From an uncultured virus (IMG/VR IMGVR_UViG_3300032250_000289) (taxonomy: Duplodnaviria; Heunggongvirae; Uroviricota; Caudoviricetes): 64,000 bases of DNA. The notes beneath the pieces were generated by a model. It ran no database searches. It was given only the letters and a program-made list of their open reading frames with translations, and had not been told where the DNA came from. Both the position numbers and the translations under genes were made by a program. Location: the IMG/VR virus record IMGVR_UViG_3300032250_000289; one strand, 5' to 3'. Below are positions 46,390 through 56,566 of the stretch, one piece after another. Within the stretch, counting starts at the first letter, position 1. Every line of letters starts with the position of its first letter.

Positions 46390-48009
46390 ATGTTTGGTTG
46401 GTTCCCTTTGAATAACTATACCCACTACAGTTTATTGCGTGGGTTTTCCAAGCCAGATGAATTGGCTGAAAAGTGTAAAGCTAATGGGTATATAGCTTGT
46501 GGTCTTTGCGATTATAAGACTATCTCTGGTGCTATATCCTTTTTTAAAGCCTGTAAGAAGGTTGGGATTAAGCCAATTATTGGTTGCTCCTTTGGTAGTT
46601 TTAAGCTATTTGCTAAAAACAAAGATGGGTGGCACGATCTAATCGAACTTGTATCCTCATTTAACGAGGATGCTGAATTGCCTAATGGTCTTCTGGATAA
46701 AATTATATCTAGAAACAACGTCATAAAAGTAATGAGCAATATTCATGATGAGCTTAGAGATAGCTATTATACAAACAAAGAAGACGCAAAATTGCATCGT
46801 ATTCTTTTATGTTCGGAAATGAAAACAACTCTACCAAAAATACACAAAGCGATTAAAAAGGATAAGAATGGTAGTGTAAATGTTCAGTCATCTTTTCCAC
46901 AAGAACATCATGACAAATTGAACTATTTTATGTTCGATCATTTTTATGTATTTGATAAAGAGGAGTCTAAAGATTTTGATACATCCTCATTAGAATCAAT
47001 ATATAATCAGTGCGAAGATTATGATATACTTAATAAACCAATTCTACCAAAGTTTAAGTGCCCAGATGGTAAGTCAGAAGAGGATTATTTAAAGGAGCTT
47101 TGTCGTATTGGGTGGAAGAAGTTGCTCATCGATGGAGATAAGGTTTCCAAACAGGAAGATAAGGACAAGTACCTAGAAAGATTTAAAGAAGAATTTGACG
47201 TAATTAAGAATGCTAACTTGTTCGGGTACTTCCTAATCGTCCAAGATATTATACAGTATGTTGAAAGTCAGGGATGGCTTGCTGGTCCCGGTAGAGGTTC
47301 AGCCGCCGGATGCTTGATATCATATTTGATTGGGATTACAAAGATTGACCCAATAGAGTTTGATTTGCTTTTTGCTAGATTTTATAACGCTGGTAGAAAT
47401 AGTGCTGACCACATTTCTTTACCAGATATTGACATGGACGTTCCCGGCAATAAGCGTGATGAGGTTATTGAGTATTTAAAAAACAGGTATGGACACGAAC
47501 ATGTTAGCCAAATGATTACGTTTGGTAGGTTGCGTGGTAGGAGTGCAATTAAAGAGGTTCTAAGAATTAACGAGGCGTGTTCTTTTGCTGAGATGAATGC
47601 TATCACTAAGAGTATCCCCAACGAGGCTGAAATTTCTGACCAGTTAGCAGATATGGATGATGAAGAAAGATCAATTATTAAGTGGGCATTAATCAACAAT
47701 GCTAATGAACTAAGAGACTTCTGCTATATTGGAGAAACTGGAAAGCTTGAAGGAACATATGCCGAATACTTTGAGCAAGCTATTAACATTGAGGGTACAT
47801 TTAAAACTCAGGGTAAACACGCTGCTGGTGTTGTCATATCAGCAGCACCGCTAAAAATGGTTTGTCCAATGGTTAAGCAGAGGGATTCATCAGAAAAAAT
47901 TGCTGGATTAGAAATGTCAGACTTAGAAGCATTAGGACATGTGAAATTTGATATTTTAGGAATTACGCTCTTGGATAAATTGATGTATATCCAGAAAATG
48001 TGTGTATAG
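46390..48009 (+). CDS. dnaE: DNA polymerase III alpha, N-terminal half (PHP + palm)
   Basis: YSLL..KPIIG, GPGRGSAAG, LPDIDMD, HAAGVVI, VKFDILG; stops soon after KFDILG. Confidence 0.92.
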   Translation: MFGWFPLNNYTHYSLLRGFSKPDELAEKCKANGYIACGLCDYKTISGAISFFKACKKVGIKPIIGCSFGSFKLFAKNKDGWHDLIELVSSFNEDAELPNGLLDKIISRNNVIKVMSNIHDELRDSYYTNKEDAKLHRILLCSEMKTTLPKIHKAIKKDKNGSVNVQSSFPQEHHDKLNYFMFDHFYVFDKEESKDFDTSSLESIYNQCEDYDILNKPILPKFKCPDGKSEEDYLKELCRIGWKKLLIDGDKVSKQEDKDKYLERFKEEFDVIKNANLFGYFLIVQDIIQYVESQGWLAGPGRGSAAGCLISYLIGITKIDPIEFDLLFARFYNAGRNSADHISLPDIDMDVPGNKRDEVIEYLKNRYGHEHVSQMITFGRLRGRSAIKEVLRINEACSFAEMNAITKSIPNEAEISDQLADMDDEERSIIKWALINNANELRDFCYIGETGKLEGTYAEYFEQAINIEGTFKTQGKHAAGVVISAAPLKMVCPMVKQRDSSEKIAGLEMSDLEALGHVKFDILGITLLDKLMYIQKMCV

Positions 48010-48015
48010 TATTAC
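48002..48015 (+). promoter_or_regulatory. putative phage late promoter (GTGTAT core)
   Basis: GTGTATAGTATTAC overlapping the dnaE-N stop, 44 nt before the HNH gene. Confidence 0.5.
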
Positions 48016-48045
48016 GTCAAACTTTACACTCACTGGAGATTACCT

Positions 48046-48729
48046 ATGATTACTCATGAAAAATTAAAGAAAATGCTTCATTTAGAAAATAAGAGCCAAA
48101 GAGAAATATCACAAGAGCTGGGCGTTAGTGAGGCTTGTGTTTCAAAATATGCTAAAAAATATGGATTAAGAAAGAAACCAGAAGAGAGATATATTGGTAA
48201 AAGATTTGGAATACTAACCGGCAGGAAGATTATTGGTCAGGACGATTATTCTCATAACATGGTTGAATGCGTGTGCGATTGTGGAAACGTCATTGTTGTT
48301 GTGTGCCACTCTTTAACTAGCGATAATACAAAAAGTTGCGGATGTGAATCAAGAAAGCGTGGAAAAGATCACGCAAACTATCGTGGATATGAAAATATCC
48401 AACAAAGTTATTGGAGCAGTATAATTAAAGGTGCCGATAAGAGAAATTTAGAAATGTCTATTTCAGTTCAATACGCTTGGAGTCTATATGAAAAGCAAGG
48501 TAAAAAATGCGCCGTAACTGGAATACCAATATTTTTTCCACAAACAAGAAAAACTGCAAATAAATCGACAGCATCACTAGATAGAATAGATAATACGAAG
48601 GGGTATATTGAAGGAAACGTACAGTGGGTTCATAAGAAAATTAACCAAATAAAAATGGATCTAACTGTTGAAGATTTTTTTGAATTATGTAAAAACGTTG
48701 TTAATTACAATAACTTATTGGAGGATTGA
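48046..48729 (+). CDS. HNH-type homing endonuclease with N-terminal HTH
   Basis: SQREISQELGVS; CVCDCGN..TKSCGC; SLDRIDNTKGYIEGNVQWVHKKIN. Confidence 0.85.
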   Translation: MITHEKLKKMLHLENKSQREISQELGVSEACVSKYAKKYGLRKKPEERYIGKRFGILTGRKIIGQDDYSHNMVECVCDCGNVIVVVCHSLTSDNTKSCGCESRKRGKDHANYRGYENIQQSYWSSIIKGADKRNLEMSISVQYAWSLYEKQGKKCAVTGIPIFFPQTRKTANKSTASLDRIDNTKGYIEGNVQWVHKKINQIKMDLTVEDFFELCKNVVNYNNLLED

Positions 48730-49409
48730 TGGCTAATAGAGATTTCATCATATTTGACTTTGAAACTGGATCACGTAATCCACATAAAACTCAACCTACG
48801 CAGCTAGCAGCTTTAGCATTAGACGGTAGAAGTCTAGCGGTTAAGGGTCAGTTTAATAGCGAGATTAAGCCTATACTTGATGATGAAAAAGCTATCGCCG
48901 CTGGTGTTGATCCTCTACAAGATGAGGCTTTAAAAGTAACAGGCAAGACTAGAGAAGCTTTAGAACAAGCACCATCGCTAAAATCAGTATGGTCCAAGTT
49001 CACAAAGTTCGTAGATCAGTATAATTGGAAGGGTGAACCATTCTTTGCCCCTATTCCAGTTGGATTTAATATCATTGGATTCGACCTTATTATTATCAAT
49101 AGACTGTGCAAGGAATTTGGACCTTGGGATCACGAAAGAGAACAGCAGAAATTATTTAGCAAGGTTTATAAGATAGACATTATGGACAATGTATTTACTT
49201 GGACCGAAAGCGACCCTAGCGTTAAATCAATCAGCATGGATTCTCTAAGAGACAGGATGGGCCTAAGTAAAGAAAACGCTCACGATGCCCTACAGGACGT
49301 TAAGGATGAAGCAAACATCTTTATCAAGCTAATGAAAACGCACCGGTCTGTGTATCAGAACATTACTTTTGACAAAGCATTTGCTAACGGTAATCTATAT
49401 GTTAAGTAA
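48729..49409 (+). CDS. dnaQ: DEDDh 3'-5' exonuclease (DnaQ/epsilon-like)
   Basis: FDFETG, GFNIIGFD, NAHDALQDV. Confidence 0.85.
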   Translation: MANRDFIIFDFETGSRNPHKTQPTQLAALALDGRSLAVKGQFNSEIKPILDDEKAIAAGVDPLQDEALKVTGKTREALEQAPSLKSVWSKFTKFVDQYNWKGEPFFAPIPVGFNIIGFDLIIINRLCKEFGPWDHEREQQKLFSKVYKIDIMDNVFTWTESDPSVKSISMDSLRDRMGLSKENAHDALQDVKDEANIFIKLMKTHRSVYQNITFDKAFANGNLYVK

Positions 49410-49779
49410 AAAATGCAGTAAGTGTAAACAAGAATTACCTCTTACTGATTTTAGAAGAAGGGGTGGAGAAAAGTATCTAAGATCAGAATGTAAAGACTGT
49501 AATAATCAACTAAAAAGAGATAGATCAGAATTGAAAAAGCAGCACGGCAAACCACCAGAAAATTATACTTGTCCAATATGTGAGAGAAATGAAGTTGAGT
49601 GTGCCGGTGAAGGAAATAAAATCGCTTCGTCTTGGGTATTAGACCATTGCCATATCACAAAAAAATTCAGAGGGTGGCTATGTCACAAATGTAATAGGGG
49701 CTTGGGAGCTTTTGGGGATAATAAGAATAAAATTGTAAATGCATTGAACTATTTATTGTCGAGAGAAAATAATGATTGA
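49399..49779 (+). CDS. endonuclease VII-family nuclease
   Basis: CPIC..LDHCH..FRGWLCHKCNRGLG. Confidence 0.85.
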   Translation: MLSKKCSKCKQELPLTDFRRRGGEKYLRSECKDCNNQLKRDRSELKKQHGKPPENYTCPICERNEVECAGEGNKIASSWVLDHCHITKKFRGWLCHKCNRGLGAFGDNKNKIVNALNYLLSRENND

Positions 49780-51334
49780 TTATAATGATAAAAAAACATG
49801 GCAGCTATTCGCAGAAGGAAAGACCAAAGGTATCTTTCAATTAGAAAGTAATCTTGGTAAAGCTTGGGCTAAGAAGGTTGCTCCAACTAATATTGAAGAA
49901 TTATCCGCTCTTATCGCCATTATTAGGCCGGGAACACTAAAAGCTTTCGTTGATGGAAAGTCTATGACCCAACACTATGTGGATAGAAAACATGGTAGAG
50001 AAGAAGTCGTATATCTGCATGAGTCTATAGAAGAAATCTTAAAGCCAACTTATGGGGTATTGGTTTATCAAGAGCAGTCTATGCGTATAGCTCAAAAGGT
50101 AGCTGGGTTCAATCTACAAGAGGCTGACGTTCTACGTAAGGCCATTGGTAAGAAAAATGCTGCCCTCATGAATGAAGTTAAGAAGTCCTTTATTGAGGGT
50201 TCCCAAAAAGTAAAACTTGTCTCACAGGAAGAAGCTGAACAGATATTCGGATGGATTGAGAAGTCATCTAGGTATGCCTTTAATAAGTCTCACAGCGTGT
50301 CATACGCCGTGTGTTCTTATTGGAGTGCATACTTTAAGGCCCACCATACAAAAGAATTCTTTGAGGCTTATCTATATTATGCCAATGAGAAGCAAGACCC
50401 ACATCAGGAAATCTATGAGCTAATATCAGAAGCTAAACTATTTGACATTCAAGCTAGAACGCCAAGCATTTCACACTATGATGTAAAATTTAATTTTCAC
50501 AATGGCAAGATATACTTTGGTATCAAAGATATTAAGTCTTTAACCGGTAAAACTGGTGATAAGGTTGTGGATGCCATCAAAGAGGTAGAATCTGAACTTG
50601 GCAAGAAGATGACCAAATTTACTTGGTTAGAGATTCTTTTGTTCTTTGGGTCAAAGGTTAGCTCAACAGCTTTTAAAGCCCTAGCATCTGTGGGATTTTT
50701 TAGGGGATTTTTAGAAACTGTACAGAGAAATAAGGCTTTATACGACTATGATATATTTAGAACTTTGACGGCGGCTGAACAGAACTGGATTAAAGAGCGT
50801 TATAAAGATAAGCAGTGGAAGACTTTCGTTGACTGTCTTAGGGACTTGGCACCAACCAAAAAAGAGGGCGGTGGTACTAGCAAGATTGATCGAAAGCAAG
50901 CTATTGAAAATGAGATTCAACTATTAGTTAATCCACCGTATGATCTTACAGATGAAGCAAACTGGTTAATTGATCAAGAAACCAAATTCTTGGGGTGTCC
51001 AGTAACATTGACTAAAATAGAAACATCTGATAATTCTGCTGCAAATACTACATGCAAAGATATTATAAATGGTAAGAAGGGCAAAGACTTGTGCATCGTC
51101 GCCAACATACAAAGACTAGCTGATTACAAAATTAATAAGGGTGAGTCTAAGGGGCAAATGATGTCCTTTCTTACAATTGAAGATGACTCATGTGTTTTAG
51201 ATAGTGTGGTTGTATTTCCAAAAGTTAGAGAGAAATACAAGTATATATTATATGAGGGTAATAATTTAATTTTCTGCGGTTCAGTTGCCGAACATGATTC
51301 ATCATTGATCGTCAATCAAATCCACGAAATTTAG
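49772..51334 (+). CDS. dnaE: DNA polymerase III alpha, C-terminal half (fingers/HhH/OB)
   Basis: GKTKGIFQLES, AIIRPG, TYGVLVYQEQ, ADVLRKAIGKK, YAFNKSHS, MSFLTIED. Confidence 0.92.
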   Translation: MIDYNDKKTWQLFAEGKTKGIFQLESNLGKAWAKKVAPTNIEELSALIAIIRPGTLKAFVDGKSMTQHYVDRKHGREEVVYLHESIEEILKPTYGVLVYQEQSMRIAQKVAGFNLQEADVLRKAIGKKNAALMNEVKKSFIEGSQKVKLVSQEEAEQIFGWIEKSSRYAFNKSHSVSYAVCSYWSAYFKAHHTKEFFEAYLYYANEKQDPHQEIYELISEAKLFDIQARTPSISHYDVKFNFHNGKIYFGIKDIKSLTGKTGDKVVDAIKEVESELGKKMTKFTWLEILLFFGSKVSSTAFKALASVGFFRGFLETVQRNKALYDYDIFRTLTAAEQNWIKERYKDKQWKTFVDCLRDLAPTKKEGGGTSKIDRKQAIENEIQLLVNPPYDLTDEANWLIDQETKFLGCPVTLTKIETSDNSAANTTCKDIINGKKGKDLCIVANIQRLADYKINKGESKGQMMSFLTIEDDSCVLDSVVVFPKVREKYKYILYEGNNLIFCGSVAEHDSSLIVNQIHEI

Positions 51335-51388
51335 TGTGTTTTTGGGTTTTGTTATTGCTAATATACTAAGATAGGAGACTGATTGATT

Positions 51389-51700
51389 ATGAATATGTGT
51401 TCTTTTACGGGTTACTTGGTAGAAAATCCTCTTATTTCTACTATCAATGGAGTGACCCTTGCTGAATTTATGATGGTAGTTTATACTTATAGACGAACTA
51501 AGAGTGGCGAGAAGAATAGAATACCTACATATCTACATTGTGAAGCTTGGCATACTGGTGCTGAAACACTAGAAAAGTATGCTACCAAAGGCACAAAGAT
51601 TACTGTAAACGCTTCTGCAAAAAACCTATCCAGAGAAGACAACAGTATTGTATTTAGAATTAACGAATTTGATCTTTGTAATCAAGACTTTGAGGATTAA
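51389..51700 (+). CDS. second SSB-like OB-fold protein
   Basis: FTGYLVENP, CEAWHTGAE..KGTKITV; acidic tail. Confidence 0.7.
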   Translation: MNMCSFTGYLVENPLISTINGVTLAEFMMVVYTYRRTKSGEKNRIPTYLHCEAWHTGAETLEKYATKGTKITVNASAKNLSREDNSIVFRINEFDLCNQDFED

Positions 51701-51702
51701 AA

Positions 51703-53358
51703 ATGAGAAAAAAGAGAATTCTTTTCTGTAGCGAAGCAACGTTTTTAAATACTGGATATGCTACATATACTAGAGAAATTTTAAATTATCTGTATAGTAC
51801 TGGCAAGTATGAAATAGCTGAGATGGCTTCATACGGTGAAAGAAATGACCCAAGGGCACAGTCAATTCCTTGGAAGTTTTATGGAGTTATGCCAAATCAG
51901 AATGCTTCTCAAGAAGAGAAAAATCAATACGGTTCTTCTGCTACTAATCAGTTTGGTGAGTTTATATTTGAATCCGTGTGTTTAGATTTTAAACCAGATG
52001 TGGTTTGTGATATTAGAGATTTCTGGATGTTGGATTTTGCTGAACGTTCACCATTCCGTCCATTTTTTAAATGGTGCATTATGCCAACAGTTGATGCTAG
52101 ACCTCAAGCTAGACAATGGGTAGCAACATATGAATCAGCGGATGCTTGTTTAACATATTCAAATTGGGCTGGAGAAGTATTAAAAGAACAGTCTGGTAAC
52201 AAGATTAAGTATTTGGGAAGCTCTCCACCATCAGCACATCCAGCCTACCAACCAATGGATAGATTGGCACTGAGAAATGAGTATGGTATTAATCCTAATG
52301 CCAAAATCATTGGGACAGTTATGAGAAATCAGAGACGTAAATTATATCCAGATTTATTTGAAGCTTTTAAGATTCTACTAGAAACAGTAGAAGATAGCTC
52401 AGATTATTTGCTATACTGTCACACTAGTTATCCAGACTTAGGCTGGGATATACCAGAACTATTACAGCAGTACCAGTTATCATCTAAGGTATTGTTTACG
52501 TATATTTGCGCCCAAACTGGCAGGCCGTTCCCATCATTATTTAAAGGTGCCGTAGCTCAGTCTCCTTTTACTGGTCAGTATGGTGCTACATTATCTAATG
52601 TAAAGAATGGTGTTGGATATGAAGATTTAGCTAAAGTAATAAACCTATTTGATATCTATGTTCAATACGCTAATTGCGAGGGTTTTGGTTTACCACAAGT
52701 TGAAGCTGCCGCTTGTGCTGTTCCAGTAATGGGAACTGACTATTCTGCTATGGAAAGCGTTTTAAGAGAACTTGGTGGGTATCCAATTAAACCGAAAGCT
52801 CTATATAAAGAACTAGAAACTGGATGCTTTAGGGCGGTTCCAGATAATCATTTAGCGGCATCAAAGTTAATTGAATTTTTCTCGTTATCACCCAGTGAAA
52901 GACGGTCAATGGGATTAAGAACTAGAGAAGCTTTCTTAGAGCATTTTCAGTGGGATAAGAGTGGTAAGGTTTGGGAAGATTATTTCGATAGCGTGGAAAT
53001 TCTACCAGAAGAATTGACATGGAGATCACCCCCAAGAATTAGACAGCCAAAAGCTAAACCGGAAAAACTACCAGAACATTCAAGACATGAGAACTTGGCT
53101 AAATGGCTAATTAATGATGTTTTGTGTGAACCTGAGAAGCTTAACTCTTTTATGGAAGCTAGATTAGTACGTGACTTGATATATAAGAGTTCCACAGCAG
53201 TTACTGGCGGTATGTACTTTAATGAAAGTGCCGCCATATTTGACGGTTCTCAAACAAGGACTCCTTTTAGTTTTGATATAGCGTATGATCATATGGCTTC
53301 ATTATGCAATAGAAGAAACATGTGGGAGCAGAGAAGAAAGGAATTATACAAACTGTGA
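51703..53358 (+). CDS. GT4 glycosyltransferase
   Basis: NTGYATY, VMRNQRRK, EGFGLPQVEAAACAVP. Confidence 0.88.
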   Translation: MRKKRILFCSEATFLNTGYATYTREILNYLYSTGKYEIAEMASYGERNDPRAQSIPWKFYGVMPNQNASQEEKNQYGSSATNQFGEFIFESVCLDFKPDVVCDIRDFWMLDFAERSPFRPFFKWCIMPTVDARPQARQWVATYESADACLTYSNWAGEVLKEQSGNKIKYLGSSPPSAHPAYQPMDRLALRNEYGINPNAKIIGTVMRNQRRKLYPDLFEAFKILLETVEDSSDYLLYCHTSYPDLGWDIPELLQQYQLSSKVLFTYICAQTGRPFPSLFKGAVAQSPFTGQYGATLSNVKNGVGYEDLAKVINLFDIYVQYANCEGFGLPQVEAAACAVPVMGTDYSAMESVLRELGGYPIKPKALYKELETGCFRAVPDNHLAASKLIEFFSLSPSERRSMGLRTREAFLEHFQWDKSGKVWEDYFDSVEILPEELTWRSPPRIRQPKAKPEKLPEHSRHENLAKWLINDVLCEPEKLNSFMEARLVRDLIYKSSTAVTGGMYFNESAAIFDGSQTRTPFSFDIAYDHMASLCNRRNMWEQRRKELYKL

Positions 53359-54041
53359 AAATATTAGCTATTACAAATTTTGATGAAAGATTTACATCTA
53401 TAAAAAATGTCGTTGAACCAAACAATAAAAAATATTTTAAGAAATATAACATAGATTATGTGGGATTTTGTGGTGATTTTGACTCATTAGTAACCATAGA
53501 ATCAGATGAGCCCATTGTGATTGGTAATGAAAAAAATTATTGGACCAAAATGATACTAATGCAATCTGCTTTGAGTTCGCCAGACGATCATGATTGGATA
53601 TTTATGCTTGATGCTGATTGTTTAATCGTGGATCATTCTGTTGACTATTTAAGAACTATAATCAAAATGTCAAAGCCAGACAAAGAATTTTTACTATGCA
53701 ACATAGACGATCCATTAACAAATTACTGGAATATAAATAATGGCGTATTTTTTGTAAAGAAAACTGAACGAATGAAAAAGCTATTTACAAAGTTGGTTGA
53801 TTTTGCGTTTGGTAAAAAATTTACAATAGATGACCAAAGTATCGTACAGTATTTGCTTAGAGAAAATATTGATGAAATTCGTAAAATTACGGATATTTTC
53901 CCAAGTCACGCATTTAATCATGGTGGAAATTTTATTTTCCATGCTTGTGGAGTTAATAGTCATCACGGTGATTTTAAACAGGCTTTACTTGAAAAAGAAG
54001 AAACACTAAAATCTAAATTAAGTGAGATTACAACAACATGA
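53355..54041 (+). CDS. GT-A glycosyltransferase (GT34-like)
   Basis: YWTK, WIFMLDADCL, INNGVFF, DDQ; probable GTG start overlapping upstream TGA. Confidence 0.72.
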   Translation: MKILAITNFDERFTSIKNVVEPNNKKYFKKYNIDYVGFCGDFDSLVTIESDEPIVIGNEKNYWTKMILMQSALSSPDDHDWIFMLDADCLIVDHSVDYLRTIIKMSKPDKEFLLCNIDDPLTNYWNINNGVFFVKKTERMKKLFTKLVDFAFGKKFTIDDQSIVQYLLRENIDEIRKITDIFPSHAFNHGGNFIFHACGVNSHHGDFKQALLEKEETLKSKLSEITTT

Positions 54042-55162
54042 AAGTTTTATACATCGGTCATTACAAAGAGGGAACTGGTTGGTCGCAAGCGGCTATAGAC
54101 TTAATTATGTCTATGCACTTAGTTGGTATAGATGTAGTTTGTAGAAATATTAAACTAACAGATCATAAGGCGAATATTAATCCAATATTAATGAGGCTAG
54201 AAAACAAGCCATTAGAGGATATAGACGTTTGCATTCAGCACGTACTACCACACCATATGGTTGGAACAAAGAAATTCAAAAAAAATATAGCTTACTTTGT
54301 GGGTGAAACAAATAGTACCCTATTTACAAACTGGCACGTTATGCTAAAACAGATGGATGAAGTGTGGGTGCCAAATAAAACCCTACAAAATGGGCTAATA
54401 AAAGATGGGATTAATACCGTTAAGGTTATTCCACACGCATTCAATCTTTATAGGTATGGTCGGGAGCATAACAAATTTAATTTCCAAGATAATAATGGCA
54501 AGTTTAAATTTTACTTTATTGGCGATTTAAATGATAGAAAAAATATAGAGTCGATTATACGTTCTTTTCATTCTGAATTTGCATCACACGAACAGGTAGC
54601 CTTAGTTCTTAAGCTGAAAAAGTTTGGCTCCAATGAAAATGAACTAGTTAAATACGTATCGAATTTATGTTCATCTATTAAGAAAGATCTAAGACTGTAT
54701 AAAGATGTGGGCGATTATCATAAGGAAATAATTATTACATCTGAATTTAATGACGAGCAAATAAACTCACTCCATTGTTCATGTGACTGCTTTGTTGGTC
54801 CAACTCATGGTGAAGGTTGGTCTATACCAGCTTTTGATGCTATGTGCTTTGGTAAAACCCCTATTTGTAGTAATGAGGGTGGCCCAAAAGAATTTATTGA
54901 TCCAGATGATAAAGGAACGGGATATTTAATTAACGGGGTTTATGGCGTGTGTAATCACTCTGACCCAGCATTTCCAGAGCTATTTACTGGAAGAGAAGAA
55001 TGGTTTATTCCTAGCGAATCAGAAATGAAGAAAGCTATGAGATTCTATTTTGAAAATAGAACTATTGATAAATCTAGTGGCTTAAAAAGGGCTGAACAAT
55101 TTTCACATGAATCTGTTGGAAATCTCATAAAGGAATCATTAGATGATAAACAATTCTGTTAA
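54038..55162 (+). CDS. GT4 glycosyltransferase
   Basis: DEVWVP, DRKNI, HGEGWSIPAFDAMCFGK. Confidence 0.85.
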   Translation: MKVLYIGHYKEGTGWSQAAIDLIMSMHLVGIDVVCRNIKLTDHKANINPILMRLENKPLEDIDVCIQHVLPHHMVGTKKFKKNIAYFVGETNSTLFTNWHVMLKQMDEVWVPNKTLQNGLIKDGINTVKVIPHAFNLYRYGREHNKFNFQDNNGKFKFYFIGDLNDRKNIESIIRSFHSEFASHEQVALVLKLKKFGSNENELVKYVSNLCSSIKKDLRLYKDVGDYHKEIIITSEFNDEQINSLHCSCDCFVGPTHGEGWSIPAFDAMCFGKTPICSNEGGPKEFIDPDDKGTGYLINGVYGVCNHSDPAFPELFTGREEWFIPSESEMKKAMRFYFENRTIDKSSGLKRAEQFSHESVGNLIKESLDDKQFC

Positions 55163-56144
55163 AAGAATACTACATGTGGCTAATAGGGCTAAACCAGAGA
55201 AGTATAATATCCTTACTTTTCCAACGCACGAAAGATATGAAAGTCAGCTAGCAAAAACTGGTCACAACTTTTACTCATTCCACCTACCAAATTTAAAGAA
55301 GTGGAATAAGGATCAGATTAAGCCACCAGAGAATTATTATATTCTACCAGAATCTCAAGCGTGTGAATATATACATTATGACTTTGTGTTATCGCAGAGT
55401 AAGTTCTGGCAATTTCAAGTTGCTCAACAGATGAGTCCGATGCTAAATATTCCAATTATTTCTCTAGAACACACCCTACCAACCCCACAGACATTAAATC
55501 CAGAACAGGTTAATATGATGCGTGGAATGGTGGGAGATATCAATATATTCATTTCAGAATATTCTCAAAAAACATGGGGAATAAACTATAATACAGAAAT
55601 TATACATCATGGTATAGATAGTGATACATTTAAGCCAATTGAAGAAGTTAATAAAGAAGATCATATTTTAACTGTTGCTAATGATTTTATTAATAGAGAT
55701 TACTGCTTAAATTTTAGTGGCTGGAAAAGAGTAACTGATGGATTGCCAGTTAAGCTAGTCGGTGACACAAAAGGATTGTCAGTATCAGCATCGTCTACAG
55801 AAGAACTGGTAAATGACTATAATCAATGCTCCGTTTATTTTAATAGTTCAACCATTAGTCCAATACCAACATCATTATTAGAAGCAATGTCGTGTGGATG
55901 TGCTATAGTTTCTACAGCAACCTGCATGATTCCAGAAATCATTCAAAATGGAGTTAATGGATTTATTTCTAATGATGAGAATGAACTAAGAAAATATATA
56001 ACAATGATTATGGAAGATAGGGGCTTAAGAGAATCCTTGGGTAGTGAAGCTAGAAAAACAATACTAGAAAAGTTTTCTCAAGAAAAATTTATTTCAAAAT
56101 GGAACAATATTTTTGACCAAGCATACGAGGTTTCAATCAAATGA
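55143..56144 (+). CDS. GT4 glycosyltransferase
   Basis: IHHGID, PTSLLEAMSCGCAIV, IIQNGVNG. Confidence 0.85.
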   Translation: MINNSVKRILHVANRAKPEKYNILTFPTHERYESQLAKTGHNFYSFHLPNLKKWNKDQIKPPENYYILPESQACEYIHYDFVLSQSKFWQFQVAQQMSPMLNIPIISLEHTLPTPQTLNPEQVNMMRGMVGDINIFISEYSQKTWGINYNTEIIHHGIDSDTFKPIEEVNKEDHILTVANDFINRDYCLNFSGWKRVTDGLPVKLVGDTKGLSVSASSTEELVNDYNQCSVYFNSSTISPIPTSLLEAMSCGCAIVSTATCMIPEIIQNGVNGFISNDENELRKYITMIMEDRGLRESLGSEARKTILEKFSQEKFISKWNNIFDQAYEVSIK

Positions 56145-56566
56145 AGATTCATATAACAGAAAATGTAAACAGTGCAATTGAAGGTTTTGTTTTAGTTCCT
56201 ATCGTTTACGGTAGGCTTGATTTGGGTGGCGTTACGGATCACTCGGCAACTCAAATTGTAGCCCTCGACGCTATCGATAGCGTACCGATAGCAATGCTAA
56301 CAAAGTTTTTACAAGATGTTGTTAGTAAAATGAGGTTTGGATGTGTTGCAATATTTGGTGGTGTAGAGCTTGACGTTTTATCTAGGGCAGTTATCACCAA
56401 TGATATAAATGTGGAATCGTTCAATAAATTAGTATTTAGCAAAAAAGCCATATATAAGAATTCCGACATTACCAAAATTTTAACAGGCTTGGGACTATCA
56501 ATTGATAAGGTATTAATTCAAGGAATAAACTATGAAATCACAGCAACAAGAAAAAACCCAAACTAG
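56141..56566 (+). CDS. hypothetical protein (degenerate methyltransferase-like fold possible)
   Basis: Coupled ORF in glycosylation cluster; weak pattern only. Confidence 0.5.
   Translation: MKIHITENVNSAIEGFVLVPIVYGRLDLGGVTDHSATQIVALDAIDSVPIAMLTKFLQDVVSKMRFGCVAIFGGVELDVLSRAVITNDINVESFNKLVFSKKAIYKNSDITKILTGLGLSIDKVLIQGINYEITATRKNPN

Noticed and set aside
48009..49772. Group I intron or split intein in dnaE
   Set aside because: The gap is filled by three packed ORFs and the junctions lack intein motifs; only RT-PCR can fully exclude splicing
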